Positions 1 to 9,704 of a stretch of DNA of 64,000 nt are shown here, piece after piece; positions within the stretch are counted from its first letter, which is position 1; each line of letters starts with the position of its first letter. The stretch comes from a virus. The notes beneath the pieces are model-generated. The model searched no databases and had not been told where the DNA came from. It saw nothing but the letters and a program-made list of their open reading frames with translations. The DNA lies in the UHGV virus genome UHGV-1366919; one strand, given 5' to 3'. The translations under genes were made by a program, and so were the position numbers.

Positions 1-43
1 TGAACAGTACGAAAATCTTTTTAACTTCTGGATTCATATATTT

Positions 44-811
44 TTATGTTTTTATAATGCTTTTTCCCTTATTATTCTCTGGTGCTTTTTCCGGAACAAA
101 CTCATTGACAAATTTTAATTTTACCGGACTCACTATATATTTTTCTTTATAGCCCAAGAAAGACCCCTTTTTCCAGTCTTCAACAAAGCGAACGTTAAAC
201 GGCTTTAACGGCCTCCAGATGTGCTTAACATCATAACTGTTTCGTCCGGATTGCCTGGTGTACTCTTTCATTAGAAAATCCCAGAAATAAAACCTCCTTT
301 GCATAGCGTAACTATCCCAAACTTTATCATCTTGCCTCCGAGGGTCATAGTAAAGGTACTTCAAAAAGAAGTTATGGCAAAACTCTTCATATTCGTCAAG
401 AAGCTCTTTATCTTCGAGCACGCTATAAACAGAATGCCTGAAATGCCATTTCTCCTTTAAGTCCGGGCGAAGAAACAAAATCGGAGAATGCTCTTCCCTT
501 GTATTAAAGAAATATAATTCATCCGTATGTTTAATAAGCTTGAGCGGATCATATTCCGTCCTGAACTTTCCCCATTCTTCCTCGAATTCTTCCCAAGGAT
601 TCCCGTTGAGAACCTGAGTACAATGATAATGCCCGATGTTTACTCCGTATTTTGGATTATGAAAAGTACTGCCCGCATCCCAGAAATTGCCTTTCAATGG
701 ATATGACCAATAGTCTTCATAACTTGACATATCCCAGGTATATTTCCGTATAGAACAATACGGAATTGTCAAAAACCTGAACAAACAGTCATTTGTAGGC
801 CTCCAGAGCAT
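44..811 (-). CDS. hypothetical protein (255 aa)
   Basis: Long minus-strand ORF colinear with neighbours; no recognisable motif. Confidence 0.5.
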   Translation of the reverse strand: MLWRPTNDCLFRFLTIPYCSIRKYTWDMSSYEDYWSYPLKGNFWDAGSTFHNPKYGVNIGHYHCTQVLNGNPWEEFEEEWGKFRTEYDPLKLIKHTDELYFFNTREEHSPILFLRPDLKEKWHFRHSVYSVLEDKELLDEYEEFCHNFFLKYLYYDPRRQDDKVWDSYAMQRRFYFWDFLMKEYTRQSGRNSYDVKHIWRPLKPFNVRFVEDWKKGSFLGYKEKYIVSPVKLKFVNEFVPEKAPENNKGKSIIKT

Positions 812-813
812 AA

Positions 814-1128
814 TCAGAGAATAGTTGTATAAAGATTCTCAAAAGGTTCTAATTCAATATTCGCCTCATCAGAAATGACCCAGTCTTCATCTGCAATAGA
901 ACTAATTTCAAGATGCTTAAAAAGCTCTTCAGGCGAAGAAAACATGCAATAACAGACTGCACTTAATTTTAATGTTCTGAAAGGTCGAGTAACGCACTTG
1001 AAAGGTTCAATTTTCAGTTCTCGAAGAAGAATGTATCCGTCTTTTCTTTGAAGAGAATAATGAAGATCTCCAACTCGTGTATAACGAACTTTGTTATCTT
1101 CACAAATCGTTTCAATTAGATTATTCAT
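814..1128 (-). CDS. hypothetical protein
   Basis: ORF tightly packed with flanking minus-strand ORFs. Confidence 0.45.
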   Translation of the reverse strand: MNNLIETICEDNKVRYTRVGDLHYSLQRKDGYILLRELKIEPFKCVTRPFRTLKLSAVCYCMFSSPEELFKHLEISSIADEDWVISDEANIELEPFENLYTTIL

Positions 1129-1158
1129 ATACTTTTATAGTATTCTTTCCCTTAAATT

Positions 1159-1449
1159 TTACAGGTAATCGGTCACAAATTTTCCATTATCGAGCCTGAG
1201 AACACTATACCCGGCATTTTCAAGGTCTTCAAGAGATTTGAATTCATCGACATTTAAGTCTTTGATAGAATCATATTCGTTCCATTGAAAAAATACGTCA
1301 TCCCGGGTTACGCAAAGATTGCCTTCTTGCGTTTCAGCCAATCCCTCAAAGAAATTATACAAAGCGTTAATAGCTTCCCATGAATAATCATCGGTAATTT
1401 TCAGAAATCTTCCGAATTCATCCGCGCAAGTAATATCAGTAGTCAACAT
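1159..1449 (-). CDS. hypothetical acidic protein
   Basis: ORF; acidic composition. Confidence 0.45.
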   Translation of the reverse strand: MLTTDITCADEFGRFLKITDDYSWEAINALYNFFEGLAETQEGNLCVTRDDVFFQWNEYDSIKDLNVDEFKSLEDLENAGYSVLRLDNGKFVTDYL

Positions 1450-1651
1450 AAGCCGTTAAGGAAAATATATTTTTTATTATTTTTATAATCTTATTATTTG
1501 ATGGTATTTTGTACTTTTCAATATTTTTCCTGAAAAGACGTCAACATATTGATTATCTTCTATTCGAATAAAAAGATCATCAGATTGATTTTCACTCAAA
1601 TACTGCTTAATTTCATCAATATTTGATGTTTGAAACAATATTTGATTTAAC

Positions 1652-1990
1652 TCAGGAGATTTCTTTATGAAAATTGTAGCATTCATCAAGCTTTAATATG
1701 TCCTTAATTGTTTTCTTTTGGCGTTTAATAATAGTTTGAACCTTTTTATAGAGTTTTCGAGCATGTGTCAAGTAGGTATATTGAATCCAAAAGAAATCTC
1801 CTTGATAATGTCCGGCAATCGAATAAAGATCTATTTCAGGATTCTGACACCAAAGAGAAACATAGTTGTCTTCATTCAACATAAAAGTTTCAGTTGCTCC
1901 TAAAAGGAGTTGTTCTTTAGTCAATCTTTCTTTATGATTGATAGTACCAATGAGAATTTCTTCTCCTTCGAGAATTACTTTGTCAATCAT
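1652..1990 (-). CDS. hypothetical protein
   Basis: ORF; its stop abuts the start of 1483..1689. Confidence 0.45.
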   Translation of the reverse strand: MIDKVILEGEEILIGTINHKERLTKEQLLLGATETFMLNEDNYVSLWCQNPEIDLYSIAGHYQGDFFWIQYTYLTHARKLYKKVQTIIKRQKKTIKDILKLDECYNFHKEIS

Positions 1991-1992
1991 GA

Positions 1993-2283
1993 TTAAATTC
2001 CTTTAAAGAGTTCAAAACGCTTGATATGGCAAATTTCGTGCAGGACAAGTGAATAATATTCACCATCATCAAACCGCTCAAGATCATTAACATCAGCGAT
2101 TTTTAAAATATAATTTTCTTTAGTTTCTTCAGGCAAACAATCTTCTATATAAGAAGTAAACATTTCCCGCAATTCAAAAGTCTCTTCATCAATTTTGACT
2201 ATGTCAAAAGTAGTTCCGAGGTCCGAATCAAGAAGAATGATATTTGTACCATGTTCTTCAAATATTTGAGATATATTCATCAT
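1993..2283 (-). CDS. hypothetical acidic protein
   Basis: ORF in colinear minus-strand block. Confidence 0.45.
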   Translation of the reverse strand: MMNISQIFEEHGTNIILLDSDLGTTFDIVKIDEETFELREMFTSYIEDCLPEETKENYILKIADVNDLERFDDGEYYSLVLHEICHIKRFELFKGI

Positions 2284-2323
2284 ATACTTTTATAGTATTG
2301 CTTTCCATAATTGAAGGAGGTGT

Positions 2324-2926
2324 TTAGTCAATGATCATAAATTCATTACTACACAATTCTTCGACTTCTTTAGTAACCCACTCAATGAAAAAACCTCGCT
2401 TGAAATGGTCATCCTCACTAACAACATCAATCATTTTTCGTCTATTAAGAATATCCCTTTCAATACTCTTAGGGCAGTAATCTCCTGAAAAAGGATTTCG
2501 AAGCCGACTCTTCAAAGCTTGATTATCATAGTTCCAGAAATAAATTTTATTAGGGAAAAGTATTTTTCCTTTATTATGATATTCAAGAGCCAGCGTATAT
2601 TTGTTTACAAACTCGGCCGGGGTCATACCGAAAGAAGCTTCAGTTGAAAATCTCTCAATCATTAAAGAATGATTTGGATCTGTTCCATTTCTATAGACAT
2701 CTTGAGCCAAGGACTTAATAGAAAATGAATATTGCTCTGCATTCTTTTTTAAGAAGCTGAATATATCATCATTATCCTTGATACTAGACTTTAACGCAAA
2801 GATTCTCTTGTATTTTTTAGAATAAAAGAAAAGCTTAAGGAAAAAGGGACTTACAGAAAATATAGCGTCAGGATGTTCCTGAAGAAATGTTTCAAGAGTT
2901 GATGTATTCAAATTTATCAGAAGCAT
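2324..2926 (-). CDS. hypothetical protein (200 aa)
   Basis: ORF. Confidence 0.5.
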   Translation of the reverse strand: MLLINLNTSTLETFLQEHPDAIFSVSPFFLKLFFYSKKYKRIFALKSSIKDNDDIFSFLKKNAEQYSFSIKSLAQDVYRNGTDPNHSLMIERFSTEASFGMTPAEFVNKYTLALEYHNKGKILFPNKIYFWNYDNQALKSRLRNPFSGDYCPKSIERDILNRRKMIDVVSEDDHFKRGFFIEWVTKEVEELCSNEFMIID

Positions 2927-2955
2927 AACTTCATTTTATAGTTTTCCTTATTTGA

Positions 2956-3004
2956 GGACGGTGCCTGATATAAAAATAATAAAAGCTCGGATGGATAAAA
3001 GTCC
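2956..3004 (-). terminator. Rho-independent terminator (12-bp perfect stem agctcggatgga/tccatccgagct followed by a T-run on the minus strand)
   Basis: Perfect inverted repeat at 2974-3003 with an A/T tract, directly after the stop of 3041..3376. Confidence 0.6.
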
Positions 3005-3040
3005 ATCCGAGCTTCATAATACTCAAGTTAAACCAATTGC

Positions 3041-3376
3041 TTACTGAATGCTCTGAGTCGGAACTTCAAAGTTCAGCATTTCAGCCGCAGGTTCGAAACT
3101 CGTAATTTCGTTAAGAATACTTTCAGGAAGAGAATTCTTCAGCGGTTCAACAACCATCTGATGCCAGGGTTCAACAATCTTTTCGTTCCAAGTAGCCTGG
3201 GCCTCTTCAGGAGTAGTCTTGCCAAGCAGAACCTTATTGGTCAGATTCGTCTTAGTCGTGCAAGCCTTCGACTGAACACCGGCATAATCACGAGCAGGAA
3301 CACTCGCACGAATGCGAATAACGGTTCCATTGGTCAGATGAGCGTTCAGGTCTACGTTCTTAATGTCTTTAGCCAT
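3041..3376 (-). CDS. hypothetical protein (111 aa; local GC higher than surroundings)
   Basis: ORF followed by a terminator. Confidence 0.5.
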   Translation of the reverse strand: MAKDIKNVDLNAHLTNGTVIRIRASVPARDYAGVQSKACTTKTNLTNKVLLGKTTPEEAQATWNEKIVEPWHQMVVEPLKNSLPESILNEITSFEPAAEMLNFEVPTQSIQ

Positions 3377-3662
3377 TGTATGTTTTTCTTTCTATTTTAG
3401 TTTGTTTTGTTTTTTAAGTTAACCACTTAATGTGATTTACAGTTTTATAATAAGATTTAACTTATTGTTCAAAGGTGTTCAAGATTTCTTCTTGATATTT
3501 CTAGGATCACAAAATAGCATCGGAATAAAGAACACTATATCAAGGCAAATTGCAAGAGGAGTATAAATCAATATTCCGAAGGATATAATCATTAGAGCAA
3601 GTTTGTCTCTAAATCTTGGAGCATCTCTCATATACTTGAAGCAAGTATAGATTAGCTCAAAC

Positions 3663-4136
3663 TCAAATCTCAGAAACGGTAGTACCATCAGATGGACTGA
3701 ATACAAAAGCCCGTACATATTGAGCCAATGGAAGCCTCTGTCTCCATTCGGCTTTGAGCTGAGTAACTCTATTCCGATAATTCCGTTCAGATTTTGGACA
3801 AGAATTTATAATATCTTCGGAAATAATTTTACAATGCTCGATATAAACCATATTTTCCTGATAAGAAAACTCCCGCTTAGGCTGAAGGCCGTTCAAAGTT
3901 TTAATAAAAGAATCCCGCATTTCAGATAAAGCTTGAATCTCTTCTTCATCTACGAGTTCCTGAAGCAAAGTTCGTTCAAGAGTATTTTTAATAATTTCAA
4001 GGCTTTCCCGAACTAACTCCAAATATCCATCATATCCGATCTTTTCGAATACAATATTTTTTAGGCTTCGGTCGGAAGCAGAGAAATATTCTTTCAGAAA
4101 ATATCTTTGCATATATTTGTTTATCTGTAGTTTCAA
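3663..4136 (-). CDS. hypothetical protein (157 aa)
   Basis: ORF. Confidence 0.45.
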   Translation of the reverse strand: MKLQINKYMQRYFLKEYFSASDRSLKNIVFEKIGYDGYLELVRESLEIIKNTLERTLLQELVDEEEIQALSEMRDSFIKTLNGLQPKREFSYQENMVYIEHCKIISEDIINSCPKSERNYRNRVTQLKAEWRQRLPLAQYVRAFVFSPSDGTTVSEI

Positions 4137-4179
4137 TCCACATACTTTGAGCTAATCAAAGTATGAAAAAGTTTAATGT

Positions 4180-4647
4180 TTACCTATAAAATGCCGCCGT
4201 TACAGTCAACCCGTTGTTGAAGACAACCTTACCGCAAATAATATAACCGTCCTCCTCTTCTTCATCAAATTTGGTAAAGCTCTTAATATAGCCATTAGCT
4301 TTGATAAAATCAAGAAAATCTTTCTCTCCAAGGAACTTATAATTGTTCGGAGAAAATATAGTTATTTCACCGGTAGACTTATTTTCAATCGAGATAAGAT
4401 TTGCCCGACTGCAATAATAAAGGAATATGTTAGCATTCCTGTCAAAATTAACAATCTGTGCACCCTTCAAAGTAGTAAACCTAAAGTTAGAATGGCCGAG
4501 TTGTCCTTCATACATTCTAGCGAAGCTGTTAATATTTTCTTCAGTAAAAGGATTTTCTTGAATAACTTTAGAATGGAATACCCATTTACCTGCCTTGGTC
4601 CGTCTTTCTACAATAATAGTCCGGAATTTCTGGTTTGTCTCTAGCAT
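4180..4647 (-). CDS. hypothetical protein (155 aa)
   Basis: ORF. Confidence 0.5.
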   Translation of the reverse strand: MLETNQKFRTIIVERRTKAGKWVFHSKVIQENPFTEENINSFARMYEGQLGHSNFRFTTLKGAQIVNFDRNANIFLYYCSRANLISIENKSTGEITIFSPNNYKFLGEKDFLDFIKANGYIKSFTKFDEEEEDGYIICGKVVFNNGLTVTAAFYR

Positions 4648-4656
4648 ATTTTGATT

Positions 4657-4860
4657 TTAGTGTATATTGTTAAGATTTTTATAAACTGCTTTAGTATATT
4701 CGTCCTTTTTAGAAACCCAACGTTTAGGCATGCTGATACGTTCTTTCTTAGAGAGGAATGACCAATGAGTTGCTTTACCGCCTTTTGTCTTTCCCTCTTT
4801 ACTCCAAATGCCTGAAGTTTTCATACTTCTAGGAGTTGGCTCAATACTGTCATTCAACAT
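4657..4860 (-). CDS. small basic protein
   Basis: ORF with a CACCTTTGAG motif 25 nt upstream. Confidence 0.4.
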   Translation of the reverse strand: MLNDSIEPTPRSMKTSGIWSKEGKTKGGKATHWSFLSKKERISMPKRWVSKKDEYTKAVYKNLNNIH

Positions 4861-4888
4861 AATTTTATGTTATTTGCGTTCTATTTTC

Positions 4889-4981
4889 TCAAAGGTGTTT
4901 TAACAATTGGAAATAAGTAAAAATTATTCCAATTATGAGTGCGATTATAAAAGCAATTATATTTGCTTGCCATTGTTTCAT
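4889..4981 (-). CDS. small hydrophobic membrane peptide (30 aa, MKQWQANIIAFIIALIIGIIFTYFQLLKHL)
   Basis: Hand-translated sub-60-aa ORF. First of 4 tandem small TM-peptide genes with abutting or overlapping start and stop codons. Confidence 0.4.
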   Translation of the reverse strand: MKQWQANIIAFIIALIIGIIFTYFQLLKHL

Positions 4982-5089
4982 TTAACCAAAGAATACTTGA
5001 TAAAGTTGATAAATGCTTGCAATAAAAAGTATAACAATTGCTACGCCCAAAGCTTGCATAAAACCTTCAAATGATTCAGGATCAGCCAT
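4982..5089 (-). CDS. small hydrophobic membrane peptide (35 aa, MADPESFEGFMQALGVAIVILFIASIYQLYQVFFG)
   Basis: Hand-translated. Its stop abuts the next ATG. Confidence 0.4.
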   Translation of the reverse strand: MADPESFEGFMQALGVAIVILFIASIYQLYQVFFG

Positions 5090-5162
5090 GATATTTGATA
5101 TAGTTGATTGTTAAAAGAATGATAAAACCAATTCCAAAACCAGTAAGCCAGGATTTTATCAT
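5082..5162 (-). CDS. small hydrophobic membrane peptide (26 aa, MIKSWLTGFGIGFIILLTINYIKYHG)
   Basis: Hand-translated. Overlaps neighbours by a few nt (ATGGCTGA-type overlap). Confidence 0.35.
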   Translation of the reverse strand: MIKSWLTGFGIGFIILLTINYIKYHG

Positions 5163-5163
5163 A

Positions 5164-5289
5164 TTAAAACTTATCTGGATTTTCTGAAATCCATTTAGAT
5201 CCCCATGCCATTAGGCAAAGAACCAAAAGAATTGCAGGACCAACCAAAACCGGTTTAAGGGCCTCATATAGTTCAATAAGAAAAGTCAT
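5164..5289 (-). CDS. small hydrophobic membrane peptide (41 aa, MTFLIELYEALKPVLVGPAILLVLCLMAWGSKWISENPDKF)
   Basis: Hand-translated. Its start is 1 nt from the stop of 5290..5586. Confidence 0.4.
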   Translation of the reverse strand: MTFLIELYEALKPVLVGPAILLVLCLMAWGSKWISENPDKF

Positions 5290-5586
5290 TTAATAATATC
5301 CTATCCAGTTGTTAAGTGTTGCCAGTTCTTCTAATTTTGTTTCTGCTTCTTGAAGAGTCTTAAAAATAAAATCTTCTTTATTCAATCCTTGTTGAATATC
5401 CCAAATATATCCTCGTTTGATAAATTTGGAATGAAAATCTTCTCCTCCGATAATTACTCGGATAGAATAATCTTCTTTTTCAAAATGGACCACTTGAAGA
5501 TAAATCCTGAAACCGTCGCCGTCCCCAATATGATATGTCTTTGACGGCTCCAGGACAAATTCCGTAATACTACTTTCGTTTTCCAC
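5290..5586 (-). CDS. hypothetical protein (98 aa)
   Basis: ORF. Confidence 0.45.
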   Translation of the reverse strand: MENESSITEFVLEPSKTYHIGDGDGFRIYLQVVHFEKEDYSIRVIIGGEDFHSKFIKRGYIWDIQQGLNKEDFIFKTLQEAETKLEELATLNNWIGYY

Positions 5587-5962
5587 GCTGACCTTTCTTA
5601 TATTCCCAATTCTTCATCTTAAGAAGATAATAAACCCTCCCAACTGCAATTCCAGAAAGAACGGACATTTGCTTAACTGTACGATCCGGAGAATAAAACT
5701 TTCGAAGTTGCTCAATCTCAGGTTCCCAATCTCGAGTTTGCCGCCCTGAAGTAGCCCGGCCGCCAATTTTACCAACATAAACAATATCGCAAAGATATTT
5801 GCCAAGTTTGAAAAGATTGTTAACAGGCTTAATATTGTCCTCAATATTCAAATCCGAAAAATAATCTTCCTTTGCTTTATTGAGAACATCTTCAATTGTT
5901 CCAAATTTTACATTAACAATCTGAAAGTTTAATGTTTCAGTGTTGATAATTTTTATTTGCAT
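5570..5962 (-). CDS. hypothetical protein with C-terminal helix-turn-helix-like segment
   Basis: ORF. C-terminal TVKQMSVLSGIAVGRVYYLLK resembles an HTH. Upstream it carries CACCTTCAAATAATAAGG followed by TATAAT. Confidence 0.45.
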   Translation of the reverse strand: MQIKIINTETLNFQIVNVKFGTIEDVLNKAKEDYFSDLNIEDNIKPVNNLFKLGKYLCDIVYVGKIGGRATSGRQTRDWEPEIEQLRKFYSPDRTVKQMSVLSGIAVGRVYYLLKMKNWEYKKGQRGKRK

Positions 5963-5995
5963 GATACTTTTATTATATTTCTTACCTTATTATTT

Positions 5996-6002
5996 GAAGG
6001 TG
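5996..6002 (-). promoter_or_regulatory. conserved upstream element (gene-sense aaCACCTTCAAATAATAAGG ... TATAAT) 34 nt before the ATG of 5570..5962
   Basis: One of about 17 instances of the plus-strand [AG]AAGGTG motif located 25-60 nt upstream of minus-strand gene starts. Confidence 0.4.
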
Positions 6003-6009
6003 TTAGAAC

Positions 6010-6285
6010 TTAAACCAAATAAAAGAAATGTTTCTTTTTGAAATTATACAAAATATACCTTTTTTGATCTTCATCATATTCAACTTCAGACTCTTCTTCT
6101 CGATAAAACATCTTAATATCATTGGACAAGCGAGTAACTAAGATGCCATATTCCGGCCGTTCTTTAATTTCAATCGAAACTTCAACGGGCTTAAGAAAAT
6201 CAAAATTAAGAGGAATACCACAATATTTTACTTTTTTCCCTTTTAGCTTTTTAGCAAACTTTCTAAAGTCTATTCTATTTTTCAT
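6010..6285 (-). CDS. hypothetical protein
   Basis: ORF. Confidence 0.4.
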   Translation of the reverse strand: MKNRIDFRKFAKKLKGKKVKYCGIPLNFDFLKPVEVSIEIKERPEYGILVTRLSNDIKMFYREEESEVEYDEDQKRYILYNFKKKHFFYLV

Positions 6286-6367
6286 TTAATTTATTTTTAA
6301 GATTGTTTTATTCTTTTATAATATAATAATCTTATTATAAAAATAATTCCTTAAAACGATTTTTAGA

Positions 6368-6406
6368 ATAAAAAAGGCATTCGAATTCAATTCGAATGCC
6401 TTTTAC
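6368..6406. terminator. bidirectional Rho-independent terminator (ggcattcgaatt/aattcgaatgcc stem flanked by A6 and T4)
   Basis: Perfect palindrome at 6376-6400, directly after the stop of 6425..6850. Confidence 0.55.
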
Positions 6407-6424
6407 AATATTAGGTAAAATACT

Positions 6425-6850
6425 TTATTCCAAATAATCGGAAAGTGCTTTAACAAACTCTTTACCGATTTGAGTTATCGGTTCATTATAAAACATTTTA
6501 CGATCGGCCCTAACAATAATTTGCTTCTTTTTGGGCAAAATAGCTCCAGGCTCTTCTTGCCCGGCATAATCTTCAAGATATTGTCCGATACTCAAATTAG
6601 CAAGAAGAATATCATCGATAAGTTCAAAAACATATTGAAAATCATCTTTACCAATTACATCACTAACTTCCCAATCTTCATCGTCATTGTATAAAAGAAT
6701 AAAGAGTTTATCACGATGTTCAGGACTTTCGTAAACAGCCATATAAACCGGCATATCCTCATCAAGCGGTGCATCTACCCAGTTTTCAGGATTACGAGGG
6801 TCGGAAGCATCCGATTGTTCTCGCACCCTATCAATACTCCAATTTTCCAT
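6425..6850 (-). CDS. hypothetical acidic protein (141 aa)
   Basis: ORF. Confidence 0.45.
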   Translation of the reverse strand: MENWSIDRVREQSDASDPRNPENWVDAPLDEDMPVYMAVYESPEHRDKLFILLYNDDEDWEVSDVIGKDDFQYVFELIDDILLANLSIGQYLEDYAGQEEPGAILPKKKQIIVRADRKMFYNEPITQIGKEFVKALSDYLE

Positions 6851-6888
6851 AATATTATTTTATAATAAAACTTAATTTATATCGGTGC

Positions 6889-8289
6889 TTAAACCCAGTT
6901 TCTTCGAACTATTTCACGAATTTCAGAAAAAGTTTGTTCTCGAATCAGTTTGCCATTCTCAAAAACTAGATCTAAAATATCTCTTTCAGAAGTTTCTTGA
7001 ATAGTTTGATATTTATTTATTTCGTTAAGAATCAAAGACAAACGCCCCTTCTTAGAAGCTTTTGACATATCCAATGGACGTTTTTGAACATCATGCCATT
7101 TATCGTCATACTTCTGAGCGGAACATTTAAAAGCAAACCGGCAAGTATCTCGGTTAATTTTTTGAAGAAGTCCTCCACCCATGCCAAAAGCCCAGTTTTC
7201 CGATGACCAGCCGTTTTTTGCAGATTCTTCAAGAATACGATCCATATCGCTAATATTGATACCATCACCCCAAAGAGCCCGAACTTGATCCGGAAGAACT
7301 TTGAATCCTTTATTGTTTACAGTATATCCGAAATATTGGCCGAGAAGTTCCAGTACCTGTTGAGATACTTTAATAATATCACCAGAATCAGGTCTGAATA
7401 CAATTCGTCCATTTCGATTGAGAATCAAATCCTTAAATTTTGTTCCGCAAACTTCAATGAATCGTTCATAATTGTATGAATCGATTACCATTGCCATAAT
7501 TCCGTCAGGATTCTTATTCAGCAGTTCTTCAACTACGCCAAACTCTCCTTCTTCTCCTCGAGAAGTCATGATGGAATGTTCAGTAGCCCTGATGCTATAT
7601 CCGAACATTTTATCAATATTCTCATTATAGTATCGGGAAGGAACAAGCAAAGCTGGAACGGTATCAGTCCCATTAAAATTCAGCAAATGGGCAGAGCCGC
7701 CCAGCATAGAAGCTTCAAAATTTTCAGTTCCCCGGCATCCAAAATCGTGAAGTTGAAAATTGAGAATATTATTAAAATCTTCTCCTTCTTTATCTGAGGT
7801 AGTTGTCAGCCAATTAGTTAACATTAACTTCCCATAATAAGAAGTTGTGGCGACTGTAATCGGGTACCATATATGAGTAAGAATAGTTTCGGCAAAATTA
7901 GTTAAGAAAGGAACTTTATCGTCAGTATTTTCAATAGTCATTAGAACATTGGAAATATCAATTAGGGAACCTTCTTTAACGGCCTTAATCCTAAGAGGAA
8001 GATGACCATTATATTTTTTAAGAATATATTCCCAACCTTCTTTATTAAAGATGCCAGGACCAATATGCCGAGTAATAAGATAATCAGCTTCATTAATCAG
8101 TTCCTGAGTAATAACAGGTCCTACAAAATATTTCTTAAGGATTGCCTGAAGGCCATAAAAAACAGTCTTAGGAAACTTAGAACCTTTACGGGCTTCGAAA
8201 TAAGAATATACTCCTTGAGTATTGTTAGGTAACATCTTGTCATGAGTATATTTGTAAGAATCAGCAGAAAATAAAATATTATCGGTCAT
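6889..8289 (-). CDS. nadV: nicotinamide phosphoribosyltransferase (NAMPT/NadV-type)
   Basis: 466 aa. Residue patterns (YKYTHDK..., GTDTV, FGMGG) are typical of the NAMPT family. It sits beside an NMNAT gene, as in phage NAD+ salvage pairs. Confidence 0.8.
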   Translation of the reverse strand: MTDNILFSADSYKYTHDKMLPNNTQGVYSYFEARKGSKFPKTVFYGLQAILKKYFVGPVITQELINEADYLITRHIGPGIFNKEGWEYILKKYNGHLPLRIKAVKEGSLIDISNVLMTIENTDDKVPFLTNFAETILTHIWYPITVATTSYYGKLMLTNWLTTTSDKEGEDFNNILNFQLHDFGCRGTENFEASMLGGSAHLLNFNGTDTVPALLVPSRYYNENIDKMFGYSIRATEHSIMTSRGEEGEFGVVEELLNKNPDGIMAMVIDSYNYERFIEVCGTKFKDLILNRNGRIVFRPDSGDIIKVSQQVLELLGQYFGYTVNNKGFKVLPDQVRALWGDGINISDMDRILEESAKNGWSSENWAFGMGGGLLQKINRDTCRFAFKCSAQKYDDKWHDVQKRPLDMSKASKKGRLSLILNEINKYQTIQETSERDILDLVFENGKLIREQTFSEIREIVRRNWV

Positions 8290-8293
8290 CGAA

Positions 8294-9199
8294 TTAAAGA
8301 GAAGAAATTAAAGTTTTGAATAATTGGCGATGAGCAGGATTAATGTCATCGATAGAAAGATCTTTGATATTGCAAAGATGCAACTCAGCAATATCATCAT
8401 GAGGAGCAGGATTACCCGAAACCCGGGTCATCAAAAACAAAGTAGTCATTACTTGTTCTACCTCTCCAAAATATCGCCAATCCTTAACTTTAAAAGATCC
8501 GATATATTTTTCAATCTTGCATTTCAGACCAGTTTCCTCTTGTGCTTCCCGAATTGCGGCTTCTTCATAAGAATTATCTTTAGGATCAATAAATCCGCCC
8601 GGAAACCTCAATGTTTTTTCACCGGGTTTTTTGGCAAGATAAATCTTTGAATAAGAATCATCTGTAAAGATTGCACAATCTACCGTGGGATAATAATAAG
8701 TCCAATTATTCTGAGTTGCATAGATACATCCTCGACGGAAATCTTCAGAAGTACCAATATTCTTTTTCAGTTCTTCTCGCAACTTTGTTCCAGATAATGT
8801 CAATTTTTGCTGGTATTCATAAGTCTCAAATTGACCGGTATAATGTTCAATAAAACTGTCTCTGGACCCATAAAGAATAACATCTGAATTACCATTAGTA
8901 ATCGCCAAGATTTGTTTATCAAGGTCAGAAGACCATTCTTCATCGGACATTACATCTGTTTTATAACAGATTTCAAACTTACCCGGATATTCTTCTTCAA
9001 TCATCCTTTTCCTGGAAACATAAGGAAGAGGATTATTCTTTGTACACCGAACATCTCTCGGAGGATTACCGAGAACAAGAATGTTCATGTAATGATTCTG
9101 ACTAAGGACAAAATCTAAAATTTCTTTATGTCCTTCCGTTAATTTATGTACTTGAAACCGGCCAACTATTACGCCGATTGCGTTTTGTTTATTTGTCAT
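8294..9199 (-). CDS. bifunctional NMN adenylyltransferase / Nudix hydrolase
   Basis: N-terminal GRFQVHKLTEGH matches the (H/T)xGH nucleotidyltransferase motif. The C-terminus carries the Nudix box GGFIDPKDNSYEEAAIREAQEETGL. Confidence 0.8.
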   Translation of the reverse strand: MTNKQNAIGVIVGRFQVHKLTEGHKEILDFVLSQNHYMNILVLGNPPRDVRCTKNNPLPYVSRKRMIEEEYPGKFEICYKTDVMSDEEWSSDLDKQILAITNGNSDVILYGSRDSFIEHYTGQFETYEYQQKLTLSGTKLREELKKNIGTSEDFRRGCIYATQNNWTYYYPTVDCAIFTDDSYSKIYLAKKPGEKTLRFPGGFIDPKDNSYEEAAIREAQEETGLKCKIEKYIGSFKVKDWRYFGEVEQVMTTLFLMTRVSGNPAPHDDIAELHLCNIKDLSIDDINPAHRQLFKTLISSL

Positions 9200-9253
9200 G
9201 TTTTTTGTTTGGTTAATTAAGGTTCAACTATTACAACCTTAAGTTAGTATTAT

Positions 9254-9664
9254 TTATCGTTCAACACGAACTTTAGCTTCTTTACCTAGATAAGTTGAAG
9301 TAATAATCTTACCAAGACCTTCAACTTTAATATTTGGCAAAGGAGGATTTTCTTTATTAAGATATTTGCAAGGAATCATCAAACCAAAACGATTATCGGT
9401 AAACTTAACTAAATGAGACTTCTTAAAACGAAGAGCATCAATTAGTTGGATAGCATATCCTTCAGCAATAATATCATTGGTTTCCTGATGAATAACCTGA
9501 ATAACAGTATCATTATAAAGATTTTCTTCAAGATAAAGCTTGTTAAAAGCCCGAGCTCCAAAGTTCAACTGATTAGGATAAAACTCGTCAAATTCCTTAT
9601 CATAAGAACATGTTACAAATATAAATTGATTTGTATTGTTCTTCGTTACAAAAAATTTAATCAT
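9254..9664 (-). CDS. hypothetical protein (136 aa)
   Basis: ORF. Confidence 0.45.
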   Translation of the reverse strand: MIKFFVTKNNTNQFIFVTCSYDKEFDEFYPNQLNFGARAFNKLYLEENLYNDTVIQVIHQETNDIIAEGYAIQLIDALRFKKSHLVKFTDNRFGLMIPCKYLNKENPPLPNIKVEGLGKIITSTYLGKEAKVRVER

Positions 9665-9704
9665 TATATTTTAATTTTAAGGATTAACTTAAATTCTAAA
9701 GGTA

